A stretch of 64,000 nt of DNA. Origin: an uncultured candidate division Zixibacteria bacterium (GTDB lineage: Bacteria; Zixibacteria; MSB-5A5; UBA10806; 4484-95). This document shows, piece by piece, positions 39,858-50,093 of this stretch; position 1 is the stretch's first letter; every line of letters begins with the position of its first letter. A program made the translations under genes and the position numbers. The notes beneath the pieces are model-generated. The model was not told the DNA's origin. It saw only the letters and a program-made list of their open reading frames with translations, and did not search any database. The stretch is from contig CAXXKA010000001.1 of NCBI GenBank assembly GCA_963668625.2, forward strand, positions 256,001 through 320,000, read 5' to 3'.

Positions 39858-40737
39858 ATATTTTTTCGTAAAACTCCTGGTAGTGATTCTTAATATCCTG
39901 CCATTAAGCATATCTATTCGTTTCGGTGATCTGATCGCTTTTATCGCCTATCGTGTTTTGGGAATTAGAAAGCAGGTAACGTTAACGAACCTGAAAAGGA
40001 CTTTCGGGGATAAATACACCGATGCCGAATACGATAAAATCGGATATCGTTCATACGTTCAGTTTGCCCGCTCGATGGTGGAATTCGGTTTGTATCCCAA
40101 ATTAAAAAGAATCGGGTTGGAGAAATATGCTACTCTGGCAAATCCCGAGGTCGTGGATGAACATCTGAAAACAGGCAAAGGCGCCATATTAATCGGCGGT
40201 CATTTCGGCAATCTCGAATTGGTGGGCGCCGCTCTTACCATGAAAAAATGGCCGGTGGATTTTCTGGTAGGCAAGCAAAGCAACAAGCTTGTCAACGCCT
40301 TATTGAATAAGCATCGAGCCATGTTCGGTGTCGGTATTATCGAAATCGGTGTCTCGGCGCGCGAGGTAATCCGGGTGCTTCGCAAGGGCAGATGGATTGC
40401 CTTTCTCTCCGATCAGGATGCCCGCCGCGATGGCACGATAGTCAATTTTCTCGGCAGACCGGCCTCGACACCCAAAGGCGCAGCCGCCTTTTCGATAATA
40501 TGCAAATGCCCGATTTACGTGGGAGCATTCGTGAGAACCGGCTTGAATCATCATACCCTGTATTTCAAGGGACCGTTCTCCATCGAAAAATCCGGTGATA
40601 AGGATAAAGACATACAACGTTTAACCCAGATATATACGGATGCCCTGGCCGAGTTTATTTACGAGCACCCCGATCATTATTTCTGGATGCATAAACGCTG
40701 GAAAACGACTTGTCCCGAGGATTATAAAAAGAAATGA
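39829..40737 (+). CDS. lipid A biosynthesis acyltransferase (LpxL/HtrB family)
   Basis: GHFGNLE, DQD, FLG, P.HYFW.HKRWK. Confidence 0.9.
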   Translation: MSKAIQHGIEYFFVKLLVVILNILPLSISIRFGDLIAFIAYRVLGIRKQVTLTNLKRTFGDKYTDAEYDKIGYRSYVQFARSMVEFGLYPKLKRIGLEKYATLANPEVVDEHLKTGKGAILIGGHFGNLELVGAALTMKKWPVDFLVGKQSNKLVNALLNKHRAMFGVGIIEIGVSAREVIRVLRKGRWIAFLSDQDARRDGTIVNFLGRPASTPKGAAAFSIICKCPIYVGAFVRTGLNHHTLYFKGPFSIEKSGDKDKDIQRLTQIYTDALAEFIYEHPDHYFWMHKRWKTTCPEDYKKK

Positions 40738-40804
40738 GGCTGCCTATTTAAAATGTGCTACAATAACCGTTTTGGTCACACTTAATCTTTCTTGATATCG
40801 TATC

Positions 40805-43144
40805 ATGAACAAAAATTACGGCTTGTTTGACGGTAGGCCGGCTTTATCATCATTAATAGTATATACTCTTGGCATTTTGATAGCCGGTTACTTGCCCTTT
40901 CATTCGACTATATATATGGCAGTCACATTATCAATTGCTATTGCTGCGCTTGTTTATCATTTAAAAAATTATTCTAAATTCTCAACCGTACTGCTTTATT
41001 TTAGCCTGATATTTGCCGGTATCACGGCTTATCAAATATCGGTTTCAGATTTCCCACCGACTCATATCAAAAATATCGTTGAAAAAGCATCGACTGTAAC
41101 TATTATTGGCGAAATCGTAGCCGAGCCGGATATCCGCTCGGATAGAACGTATATGATAATCGAGGTCGATTCGCTGATCTGGCGTAAACGTAAGTTCAAA
41201 TCTTGCGGAAATATCATGCTCAAGATTAATCATCAATCGAAAAGCTACTTGTTCAAAGATCGTCTGCGTTTTAATGGCTACCTGTTTAAACCCGGCGGCG
41301 CTCATATCCCGGGTGGATTCGATTACGAGCGTTGGTTAAGACATAAAGGCGTATTCGGCATGATGGTATTAAATGATACCTCCGTGATTCGAATACTACC
41401 CGGGCAACCGCAGCGATGGTACGAATATCTCATGTTCTGGAATCTGGAGAGGGTGTTCATTAACAAACTGGTTTCTCCTCTAAGAGAGATTTTGCTTGCC
41501 GGTTACGAACTATACCTTCCTGAAAACCAGGCTTCGCTTCTGGCCGGTTTCGTGCTGGGCGAGAAACGCGATATGCCCGATGATATCGTCAGCCTGTTCA
41601 GAGATACCGGAACGCTTCACCTGATGGCGGTGTCCGGCTCCAATGTCGCTATCATAGTGATGTTTTTCCTGGCAATAACTTACCCTCTAAAAAGACGTAT
41701 CAGGATAATTATTACGCTAATAGCTGTCGTATTTTTCTGCTTTTTAACCCGTAACGAGCCCTCAGTGGTTCGGGCTTCGGTTATGGCCTCTATTGGCTTG
41801 ATTGGCTACTATCGAAAGCCTGATCCCGATATTATCGGACTGTTAGCCTTTTCCGGTTTGATATTGCTGATTACCAGCCCGCTCTGGATTTTCAGTATTG
41901 GCTTTCAGCTTTCATTTGCCGCTTGCGGCGGTATTGTTTACCTGATGCCGAAAGTCATAGCCTTATTTACGAGGAAAAAAGGGCTGTGGGCTCGGGCTAT
42001 CGACTATATCCTGTTTACCTTCTTCACCACACTCTCCGCCCAGATAGCCGTTTTGCCGCTTACGGCGCAATATTTCAACCGAATACCAATCGTGGGAGTT
42101 ATTGCCAATATCCCGATGGTATTGCTGGCCTCGATATTGACGATTGCCGGAATCTGTTTTTTGCCGTTTATCCTGATGGGTGATTTTTTTACCTCGGTAT
42201 ATGTCTGGCCGCTTTCCAAGCTAATCTCTATCATTTTGCCGCTATTAGGATTTTTCGTGGATTTGCCTTATTCCGTTGTTGACGTTAGTTCACCGGGGTG
42301 GGGCACGATAATACTGTTTTATACCGGATTATACTTGATTGTCGAGCTTTCTTTTCACCGGCGTCTCAGCTTGAAAGCCTCAATTATAACCTTAAGCGCT
42401 ATCTCTATAGTGATATGGATAAGCTACTTATATAATCCGTTAGAGGATAGTATAACATTTGTTGACTGTGGCGATGATCGGGCGGTATTATTTTGTACAT
42501 CCTCCGGAGAAAGATATCTCTGGTATGATATTTACAATAACGATGATATAGACCATTTAGAGAACAGTTTAAAACCGTTTCTTTTTAAAACCGGCATTCG
42601 TAAAATAGATACGTTATTTACTAATAATAAAAACGATCTGAGTATATTAACCGAAAGTATAAATGTTGGGGATATAATCGAACATGAGTCGCTGATTGTA
42701 GATACCTCTATCTTGGATATTGTGTTTCCCCAATATACATCGGCGGAATCTATTTTAAATAAGAAGGTTAAACTTGTTACAGTTGAAACCGATAATAATA
42801 GCGAAACAGTAACAGATGGGTATTACTACAAGCTGTCAACATCAGGAGGGGAGTGCATTTTAGCGGGGTCCGTAAATCCTCGGTATGCCGGAGATATTGA
42901 CCATAAGGCAAAGGTTATGGAATTACCTTGGAGCGTACAGCCTTATGGCACGGTTTATAAATCGATATTGCGGAATGCACCTGATATGCTTGTCTTCAGC
43001 CCGGATAGGAATACGGAGTCATCGGTAGGGACGAAGGATAAACTGACTTATTACGACGACAGAACCTGGTCGGTGAAATTTAACGGTAGTTTTCGGATCA
43101 GGTTTAGTGATAAAATGCATGTAGACTTCATGCTTAAACCATGA
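40805..43144 (+). CDS. comEC: ComEC/Rec2 DNA-uptake channel with degenerate C-terminal domain
   Basis: DUF4131/OB region (PGGFDY); GT.HLMAVSG, PSVVRA, GFQLSF. Confidence 0.88.
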   Translation: MNKNYGLFDGRPALSSLIVYTLGILIAGYLPFHSTIYMAVTLSIAIAALVYHLKNYSKFSTVLLYFSLIFAGITAYQISVSDFPPTHIKNIVEKASTVTIIGEIVAEPDIRSDRTYMIIEVDSLIWRKRKFKSCGNIMLKINHQSKSYLFKDRLRFNGYLFKPGGAHIPGGFDYERWLRHKGVFGMMVLNDTSVIRILPGQPQRWYEYLMFWNLERVFINKLVSPLREILLAGYELYLPENQASLLAGFVLGEKRDMPDDIVSLFRDTGTLHLMAVSGSNVAIIVMFFLAITYPLKRRIRIIITLIAVVFFCFLTRNEPSVVRASVMASIGLIGYYRKPDPDIIGLLAFSGLILLITSPLWIFSIGFQLSFAACGGIVYLMPKVIALFTRKKGLWARAIDYILFTFFTTLSAQIAVLPLTAQYFNRIPIVGVIANIPMVLLASILTIAGICFLPFILMGDFFTSVYVWPLSKLISIILPLLGFFVDLPYSVVDVSSPGWGTIILFYTGLYLIVELSFHRRLSLKASIITLSAISIVIWISYLYNPLEDSITFVDCGDDRAVLFCTSSGERYLWYDIYNNDDIDHLENSLKPFLFKTGIRKIDTLFTNNKNDLSILTESINVGDIIEHESLIVDTSILDIVFPQYTSAESILNKKVKLVTVETDNNSETVTDGYYYKLSTSGGECILAGSVNPRYAGDIDHKAKVMELPWSVQPYGTVYKSILRNAPDMLVFSPDRNTESSVGTKDKLTYYDDRTWSVKFNGSFRIRFSDKMHVDFMLKP

Positions 43145-43164
43145 TGTAAAGGCGGCCAGTACTT

Positions 43165-44334
43165 ATGAGTTTTACCGGAAACCTTAAGACAGTCTCATTG
43201 CCCGATATATTTCAATTAATTTTCTCCACGAAAAAAACCGGTGTTTTATCTATCGAAAAAGGCGAGGAGAGAAAAGATATATATTTCCGAAGTGGTTTCA
43301 CTATATTTGCCGCGTCCTCATCCGAACAGGATTTATTCGGAAATATTCTACTCAAACAGGGACGAATCTCCAAGCCGGAATTGATGAAGGTTCTCAAAGA
43401 GAAAAAAGATGGTAAAAAAATAGGCGCTACTTTAGTCGAGCGAGGATTGTTTACCAGGGATGAGATCCTCGATTCGCTGCGATTACAGATCGAGGAGATC
43501 ATATACGGGTTGTTCGCCTGGAAAGACGGCGATTTCAAATTCGTCGAGGGCAAAGCTCCACCGCCGGAAACCATTCAGACTGAACTCAATCCCATGAATA
43601 TCATCATGGAGGGTACTCGTCGCATTGACGAATGGGAGGAGTTGAAAAAGATATTACCTCCCGATAACGTCATGGTCGAGTTGGAGAGAAATCCGGTATT
43701 AAAAACCGAGCAAATCCGTCTTTCTCGTAATGAGATATTGGTGATGGCGCTTATCGGTTCGGGTAAGAAGATGGCTGATATTGTCAAGGAATCGGTGCTC
43801 GATCAGTTCCTGACCTCGAAAGCTCTGGCTAATATAATGCAGGTCGGACTGATAAAGATCGGCAAAGAGGTGGTAGATCAGCAAAAACCGGCGATTGATG
43901 AAACCGAGGAGCTGATATTATTGCTTTCTAATATATATAAACATAATTTCGAGACTATCCTTCAGAGCTTGAGAGAGAAGATGGGGCCTAAGGGCGAAAA
44001 GGTTTTTACCGAGACATTCCAGTCGCATAAATCCGACTACCCGTTATTGGCCGATCATCTGACCGGTAAGCACGGCGAATTCGGATTCGAGCTTCTGTTG
44101 AAACTGGCCAAGTCCCTTCCCGATGATGCCAAGGTTCATCGTATTATAGCTAATTTCAACGACCTGCTATGCGACTATCTCAACACTATCCAGAAATACC
44201 TGGGCAAGAAGATGTTCAAGCGGACGGTCTCGCAGATGAAAATTAACACTCAGAATAATATCAACAGTAAAAAGCAACTGGCTTTAAAATGGGGGCTCGA
44301 GGATGAGTTCTCCAGAGCGTTGAGGAGTTTGTAA
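43165..44334 (+). CDS. DUF4388 domain protein
   Basis: GNL..VSLPDIFQL....KTGVL; W..G.F.F; IIMEG.RRIDEW. Confidence 0.85.
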   Translation: MSFTGNLKTVSLPDIFQLIFSTKKTGVLSIEKGEERKDIYFRSGFTIFAASSSEQDLFGNILLKQGRISKPELMKVLKEKKDGKKIGATLVERGLFTRDEILDSLRLQIEEIIYGLFAWKDGDFKFVEGKAPPPETIQTELNPMNIIMEGTRRIDEWEELKKILPPDNVMVELERNPVLKTEQIRLSRNEILVMALIGSGKKMADIVKESVLDQFLTSKALANIMQVGLIKIGKEVVDQQKPAIDETEELILLLSNIYKHNFETILQSLREKMGPKGEKVFTETFQSHKSDYPLLADHLTGKHGEFGFELLLKLAKSLPDDAKVHRIIANFNDLLCDYLNTIQKYLGKKMFKRTVSQMKINTQNNINSKKQLALKWGLEDEFSRALRSL

Positions 44335-44338
44335 TCTT

Positions 44339-44710
44339 ATGAAAAGAATCAGTCAGTTTCTGGTACCGATAGCCATACTGGCGAGTGGCAAGTCGGCTTA
44401 TGCGGGAGAGTTCTACAATTTGTATCCGCGCTGGCTCGAGCTGACATATCATGGTTTGTTGACGTTGATAATAGTCGTAGGTTTCTTCCTTTGTTTTTCG
44501 ATATTCAATAATTTCAAAGGGGGAAAAATGGGAATGCCCTGGATAATAATAATGATTGCTTTCGTGGCGGCCCTGGCTCGCATGGTGATGAGTCTCCTGT
44601 CAGTGTTCGATATTCAATACTTTCAGGCAATCGCTTTCGCGGGGCTGGATATTTTATTTTTTATATTGCTTCTGATAGGGCTTATTCTTTATAAGGTTGG
44701 ACTGGAGTGA
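44339..44710 (+). CDS. small hypothetical membrane protein
   Basis: N-terminal signal-like segment plus 3 TM segments; sits within the operon. Confidence 0.7.
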   Translation: MKRISQFLVPIAILASGKSAYAGEFYNLYPRWLELTYHGLLTLIIVVGFFLCFSIFNNFKGGKMGMPWIIIMIAFVAALARMVMSLLSVFDIQYFQAIAFAGLDILFFILLLIGLILYKVGLE

Positions 44711-44765
44711 GCAGGAGTTATTTTAATTGTTACTCAGGTGACGATACCGATAAGCAGGATTTAGT

Positions 44766-45611
44766 ATGAATGTCGATTTAGCAGAATTAGACGATAGAAT
44801 CGCAAAGTGTCAGAAGATACTTGAAACCGATCCTCAGAGCCAGATATTTGCCGCACTGGCCGAGGCCTATCGTAAGAGAAAATTGGTGGATAAGGCGTTC
44901 GAGGTTTGCAAGAAAGGCCTGACAATTCATCCCCAGTATGCCTCGGCATATATCGTGATGGCCAAGATTTTCCTCGACAGGGGGAATTTCGAGGAGGCCA
45001 ACCGTAACCTTCAAAGAGCGATCGAGAGCGGCGGCCGAACCAGATCAGTTGATTTGCTGCAATCCGAAATATTGATCAAGCTCGGGCACAGAGACAAGGC
45101 CAGGATGCTTCTAGATAAGCTGCATAAATCCGATCCCCTGAATGAAAGCGTTAAACGCCTGATGGTTAGCGTCAATGAGGATGAGGTACCTCCAGCCGGT
45201 GAGCTGAAAATGCCGGAAGCCGAGATCAATATTAGATCGACCGCACCATCATCCAGCGAGAAAAAAAGCTATACTCTATCCAATGCCCTGACGATTATAA
45301 AAGTATTACCCAGAGTTCTGGGAGTCGTGGCAGTTGCCCGGGATGGTATTGTCGTTGAAGGTCATTTTGACGGCATGTTATCGAAAGACGAGCTTGGGGC
45401 GTTGGCCTCGGGAGCTTTCGACAGCATCTCGCAGGCGATATCGAGAATCGAACTGGGGGCGCCGGAAGAAATAATGATCGAGACCGAATTTTCAAAACTG
45501 TGGATAATGGTATTCAAGAATTTGCTTATCATTATTTCCATGCGGGATGATGTCAATTTCGGTTCGATAAAATTGAAAGTAACTGAAATATTTAAAAACA
45601 CGGTTTTTTAG
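44766..45611 (+). CDS. TPR + roadblock/LC7 domain protein
   Basis: FAALAEAYRK...GL..HP.Y TPR repeats; C-terminal GVVAVARDGI roadblock fold. Confidence 0.8.
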   Translation: MNVDLAELDDRIAKCQKILETDPQSQIFAALAEAYRKRKLVDKAFEVCKKGLTIHPQYASAYIVMAKIFLDRGNFEEANRNLQRAIESGGRTRSVDLLQSEILIKLGHRDKARMLLDKLHKSDPLNESVKRLMVSVNEDEVPPAGELKMPEAEINIRSTAPSSSEKKSYTLSNALTIIKVLPRVLGVVAVARDGIVVEGHFDGMLSKDELGALASGAFDSISQAISRIELGAPEEIMIETEFSKLWIMVFKNLLIIISMRDDVNFGSIKLKVTEIFKNTVF

Positions 45612-46022
45612 GTGAAGCAAATGCTGGTAACCAAAACAGAAAATTATGTCAATAAATTTAAAACGACGCTTCAGTACCTGGTAGAGTACAGTGGGGTGAA
45701 AGGCGCGGTGATATTCGACAGCGATGGATTGGTTGTCGAACATATCAATAAGGACGGCCTGGACCCGGAAGTGCTGTCGCCTCTGGCGTTATTGATTATT
45801 GACCAGACCAGCCAGGTGCTATTCAAGATCGAAGAACCCGCCGTAAATTCGATGGTGTTGAAAAGCAGCGATAGCTGGATAACTATTGAGAGAGTTAACG
45901 ATTTAATTTTACTGGTTAGAGCCGATACCGGCACCGATGATTTGCTCAGGGTGCGCATCGGCCAATCAGTCGACATGATAAAGGCATACTTAAGAGAAAG
46001 ATATCCTCTTTTAGCCAATTGA
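45612..46022 (+). CDS. roadblock/LC7 domain protein
   Basis: GVKGAVIFDSDGLVV. Confidence 0.8.
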   Translation: MKQMLVTKTENYVNKFKTTLQYLVEYSGVKGAVIFDSDGLVVEHINKDGLDPEVLSPLALLIIDQTSQVLFKIEEPAVNSMVLKSSDSWITIERVNDLILLVRADTGTDDLLRVRIGQSVDMIKAYLRERYPLLAN

Positions 46023-46034
46023 TTTGGAGGGTTT

Positions 46035-46373
46035 ATGTATAACGTTCTCGGTGAACTGAATAAAACGACCGGTATCAAAGGTTCGATGCTGGTTGGGGCC
46101 GATGGTATAATCATCGCCGCCGATCTTGATTCCCAGCTCGAGGATGAGACTGTTGGCGCGATGTCAGCCTCCATTCTTTCAAGCGTAACCAAAGCTATGG
46201 ATAGATTAAAAGGCGAGGCGCCGTCACAGGTAACGGTTGAGGCACAAACCGGTAAGGTATTTTTAGCCGATGCCGGCGTGGGAATTCTAACGGTTATCGC
46301 CGAAAAGGAAGTGAATATAGGTTTAGTAAGACTGGAAATGAAAAACGCCATTTCTAAAATAAACGGGCAATAG
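46035..46373 (+). CDS. roadblock/LC7 domain protein
   Basis: GIKGSMLVGADGII; NIGLVRLE. Confidence 0.88.
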   Translation: MYNVLGELNKTTGIKGSMLVGADGIIIAADLDSQLEDETVGAMSASILSSVTKAMDRLKGEAPSQVTVEAQTGKVFLADAGVGILTVIAEKEVNIGLVRLEMKNAISKINGQ

Positions 46374-46382
46374 GGTGTTATA

Positions 46383-47825
46383 ATGGTCTCTATTAATTAC
46401 GCATTTAAAGAGATAATCTCTAAGATCGTTTACTACGGTCCCGGATTATCCGGAAAAACCACCAACCTTCAGCATGTTTTCAAAAAGGTGCCGAAGGATA
46501 CCCGGGGAGAATTAATCAGCCTGGCAACCGATGCCGACCGGACGCTATATTTTGATTTCCTGCCGGTAAATGTTGGCAACATTCGCGGTTTCCAGGTGAA
46601 ATTTCAGCTCTATACCGTTCCCGGACAGGTTTATTATAACGCCACCCGCAAGCTGGTTCTTCGCGGCGTTGACGGTCTCGTGTTCGTGGCCGATTCGCAG
46701 CTCGATAAGATGGATGAGAACATCGAATCGCTGAAAAACCTCGAGGAAAACCTGGCTGAATACGGTTACAACTTATCGGAGATGCCGTTCGTTATCCAGT
46801 ACAACAAGCGTGACTTACCGAATATCGCCACTATAGAGCAATTACAGCAACAGCTAAACACGAGAAACGTGCCTGTTTTCGAGGCCGTGGCAACCTCGGG
46901 CGGTGGTGTTTTCGCTACCCTCAAGGCGATCAGCAAAATCGTGATCGAGAAAGCTCAGAAAAGCAGCGCCGAACGTACCGATTCGAAAACGGCTGTTGTT
47001 GCCGCTATGGATACGTCAGCGCCAAAACCTCAACCTCAGCAAACCGCGCCACCACCTCAACCCGGCAACGAAATCGCGCCATCACCTGCAGCCGAGGTAA
47101 AACCGGAGAATGCTCCTTACGAACTGGATGATTCTCCCTCTGGCGAGGTGAAACCGCAAGTCGAACAGGCTGCCCGGGCGGAAATAAACCCCGAGCAGAG
47201 ACAGGCGGCGGAGCTTTCCTCAAACGATTCCGAGATCAAACCGAAGTCTGCCGGTCAATCGATGTCCGACCAGGTTTCACCCGGAATCGAGTCGTCATCC
47301 AGCCAGGCCATGGAATACGGAGAGTTGCCGGAGGAGGCAACCAATACTCGCATAGGAGATAAAGAGCAAACGCAGCCGGAGCCACGTACACAGGCTCAAG
47401 TCGGTGTAATGGAGAAACCGCAAATTTCCAAAGATTCGGAATTGATGACTAATGTCGTGGTATCCTCCTCACCCGATGATGAGCAACAGGTCGAGGATGT
47501 TTCGCAGCATGAGGATATCGAGGAGACTACAGAGCATGCCGCGCTTAAAGAGGACATTGAGGAGATAAACGTCCAGAAACAAGCAGTCAGGAAACATCAC
47601 CCGGACGTTTTGGATGCGGATAAATTGGATTATCTGAGAGAGAAATTGCAGCAGCCGGCTGAGGCCGAACCTCAGCTAGAACAATTCGATCAGGAGGAGA
47701 CGGTGATTTCCGATCCGAAGCAGACCGGAAACGCGTTCAGCAAACCCCAAATGGCTGAGAGCACCAAGGTAAAAGGTAAAAAGAAATCCGGTTTGTTCGG
47801 ATGGTTAAAAGGTAAAAAACAATAG
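46383..47825 (+). CDS. mglA: MglA-family small GTPase with long C-terminal extension
   Basis: KIVYYGPGLSGKTTNL, RTLYFDFLP, LYTVPGQ, FVADSQ, NKRD. Confidence 0.9.
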   Translation: MVSINYAFKEIISKIVYYGPGLSGKTTNLQHVFKKVPKDTRGELISLATDADRTLYFDFLPVNVGNIRGFQVKFQLYTVPGQVYYNATRKLVLRGVDGLVFVADSQLDKMDENIESLKNLEENLAEYGYNLSEMPFVIQYNKRDLPNIATIEQLQQQLNTRNVPVFEAVATSGGGVFATLKAISKIVIEKAQKSSAERTDSKTAVVAAMDTSAPKPQPQQTAPPPQPGNEIAPSPAAEVKPENAPYELDDSPSGEVKPQVEQAARAEINPEQRQAAELSSNDSEIKPKSAGQSMSDQVSPGIESSSSQAMEYGELPEEATNTRIGDKEQTQPEPRTQAQVGVMEKPQISKDSELMTNVVVSSSPDDEQQVEDVSQHEDIEETTEHAALKEDIEEINVQKQAVRKHHPDVLDADKLDYLREKLQQPAEAEPQLEQFDQEETVISDPKQTGNAFSKPQMAESTKVKGKKKSGLFGWLKGKKQ

Positions 47826-47844
47826 TTTTTAAGGAGGACTATCA

Positions 47845-48333
47845 GTGACTCAGGAAAACCAGGTCCTATATGAGGAAGAGATCGAGAAGATCGATCGGGT
47901 GCTTACCCGTTTGATTAAAGAAGCCGAGGCCAAATGCGCCCTTCTGGTGGATAAGGACGGGCATTTGATTACTCGCCAGGGCTTCACTCACACACTGGAT
48001 ACGACAGCTCTGGCGGCTTTATTGGCCGGCAATTTCGCCTCCACAAAAGAGATAGCCAGGTTAGTCGGCGAGCCGGAGTTTTCGGTACTCTTTCATCAAG
48101 GCAAAAGAGATCATATCCACATTTCGTTAATTGGCGAGCGTTCCATTTTGGTGGTTATTTTCGATGATCGCACTACAATCGGTATGGTGAGATTATACGC
48201 CAAAGAGATAGGAGAATCTTTACAGGAGATAATGAACAACGCCGGCCAGAAAGGCAAGGAACAGGGCTTAAAGCTCGATGAGGAATTTTCGCAGTCGGCA
48301 GAGGATAAACTGGACGATATTTTTCAGGACTAA
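47845..48333 (+). CDS. mglB: MglB roadblock-domain GTPase regulator
   Basis: LVDKDG.LI, ALAAL.AGNFA, ARLVGE.EF..LFHQG, VIFD....GMVRL; C-terminal D.LDDIF helix. Confidence 0.9.
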   Translation: MTQENQVLYEEEIEKIDRVLTRLIKEAEAKCALLVDKDGHLITRQGFTHTLDTTALAALLAGNFASTKEIARLVGEPEFSVLFHQGKRDHIHISLIGERSILVVIFDDRTTIGMVRLYAKEIGESLQEIMNNAGQKGKEQGLKLDEEFSQSAEDKLDDIFQD

Positions 48334-48351
48334 GGGAGAGTATCCTGTAAT

Positions 48352-50049
48352 ATGGGTGTAGAAATTGGGAAACTGCTGGTTCAATCAGGGAAGATTACCC
48401 AGGATCAGCTAGATCAAGCGTTACAACTTCAAGAGAAATCCGAAAACAAGCTCGGCGAGATACTGGTTAAAATCGGCGCGGTTGAGGATGAGGATGTCAT
48501 CAGTGAATTCGTCGGTAAACAACTAAATATCGGGGCGGTTCGCTTAACCGATGTCGAGCTTAATCCGGAAATCGTTAAACTGATTCCTGAGGATATCGCC
48601 AGGAAGTTTAACGTAATTGCCGTATCGCGTATCGGTAAAACCCTGATTGTCGCTATCTCGGATCCGAACAACATTTATGTTCTGGATGCTATTAAATTTA
48701 TTACGGGTTTTTACATTCAACCTGTTATCTCACCGGAATCGGCTATATCGAAATCGATAGACCGATATTATGACAACAAGGGAGCGTTCGATTCGATTAT
48801 CAAAGAGATCGATGATGAGCTCGAGGTAGTCGATACCTCCGAGGAGGAACTCGAGGAATCCGATCTTCAGGCGCAGGTGCAGGATAAACCCCTGGTCAAG
48901 CTGGTTGACTCGATTATTGCCGATGCTATAAGGCAAGGCGCTTCGGATATTCATTTCGAATGTTATGAAAAGCGTATCAGGGTCAGATACCGAGTGGATG
49001 GTACTCTTCAGGAGAGAGCCCCGATACCTTTTAAATATCGTGCCGCTATTATATCGCGTATGAAAATCATGGCCGACCTGGATATTTCCGAAAGAAGATT
49101 ACCCCAGGATGGTCGTATAAAAGTGAAAATCCAGGATAGAACGGTCGATCTTCGTGTTTCGGTACTGCCGACTATTTTCGGCGAGAAGGTCGTTATGCGT
49201 ATTCTCGATCCGAAATCGTTAATGGTCGACATGACCAAGCTTGGTTTCCCGGAACTCGGCCTGGGTAATTTCAAGAAAGCTATAAAATCGCCGTTTGGTA
49301 TGATATTGGTAACCGGTCCAACAGGTTCGGGTAAAACCACCACTCTGTATTCGGCGCTGAAAACTTTAAACAGTACGGATGTCAACCTGATGACCGCAGA
49401 GGATCCTGTCGAGTTCAATTTCGATGGTATTAACCAGGTGCTGGTTAAATCAGATATCGGCTTATCGTTTGCCGCGGCCTTAAGATCGTTTTTGCGTCAG
49501 GACCCGGATATCATCATGGTTGGTGAGATTCGTGATAAGGAAACCGCCGATATCGCGATCAAAGCGGCATTGACCGGTCACCTCGTGTTTTCGACCCTCC
49601 ATACCAATGATGCCCCTTCAACTGTAAACCGTCTTATTGATATGGGCACGCCACCATTTATGGTAGCCGCCTCGACCCGTTTGATCATGGCGCAGAGGAT
49701 GGTGAAAAAGATATGCAAATACTGCAAAGAAGAGGTGCAGGTTACTCCCGATATTCTTGATGCTCTGGGACTTAGTGGGCCGGAAGCCGATAGCTTGAAA
49801 GTCTATCGGGGCAAGGGTTGTAATAGCTGCAATAACACCGGCTATTCGGGTAGAACCGGTATTTTCGAGATTATGCCTATTTCAGGCAAAATCGAGAAGA
49901 TGATAATAAATAACGATTCCACGATGGAGTTAAGAAAGCAAGCGGTTGAAGAGGGAATGTTTACTTTACGCTCGCATGCTATCGAGAAAATGAAAGAGGG
50001 ATTAATACCGTTGGAGCAGGTAATCGCTAATTCCTCATCCAATGATTAA
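48352..50049 (+). CDS. pilB: type IV pilus assembly ATPase PilB, copy 2
   Basis: KLGEILV, ASDIH, RLPQDGR, GPTGSGKTTTLY, AEDPVE, CxxC pairs. Confidence 0.94.
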   Translation: MGVEIGKLLVQSGKITQDQLDQALQLQEKSENKLGEILVKIGAVEDEDVISEFVGKQLNIGAVRLTDVELNPEIVKLIPEDIARKFNVIAVSRIGKTLIVAISDPNNIYVLDAIKFITGFYIQPVISPESAISKSIDRYYDNKGAFDSIIKEIDDELEVVDTSEEELEESDLQAQVQDKPLVKLVDSIIADAIRQGASDIHFECYEKRIRVRYRVDGTLQERAPIPFKYRAAIISRMKIMADLDISERRLPQDGRIKVKIQDRTVDLRVSVLPTIFGEKVVMRILDPKSLMVDMTKLGFPELGLGNFKKAIKSPFGMILVTGPTGSGKTTTLYSALKTLNSTDVNLMTAEDPVEFNFDGINQVLVKSDIGLSFAAALRSFLRQDPDIIMVGEIRDKETADIAIKAALTGHLVFSTLHTNDAPSTVNRLIDMGTPPFMVAASTRLIMAQRMVKKICKYCKEEVQVTPDILDALGLSGPEADSLKVYRGKGCNSCNNTGYSGRTGIFEIMPISGKIEKMIINNDSTMELRKQAVEEGMFTLRSHAIEKMKEGLIPLEQVIANSSSND

Positions 50050-50093
50050 AAATGGTGAGAAATCAGCCGATAACCTAATAAAAGAGGACTTAT

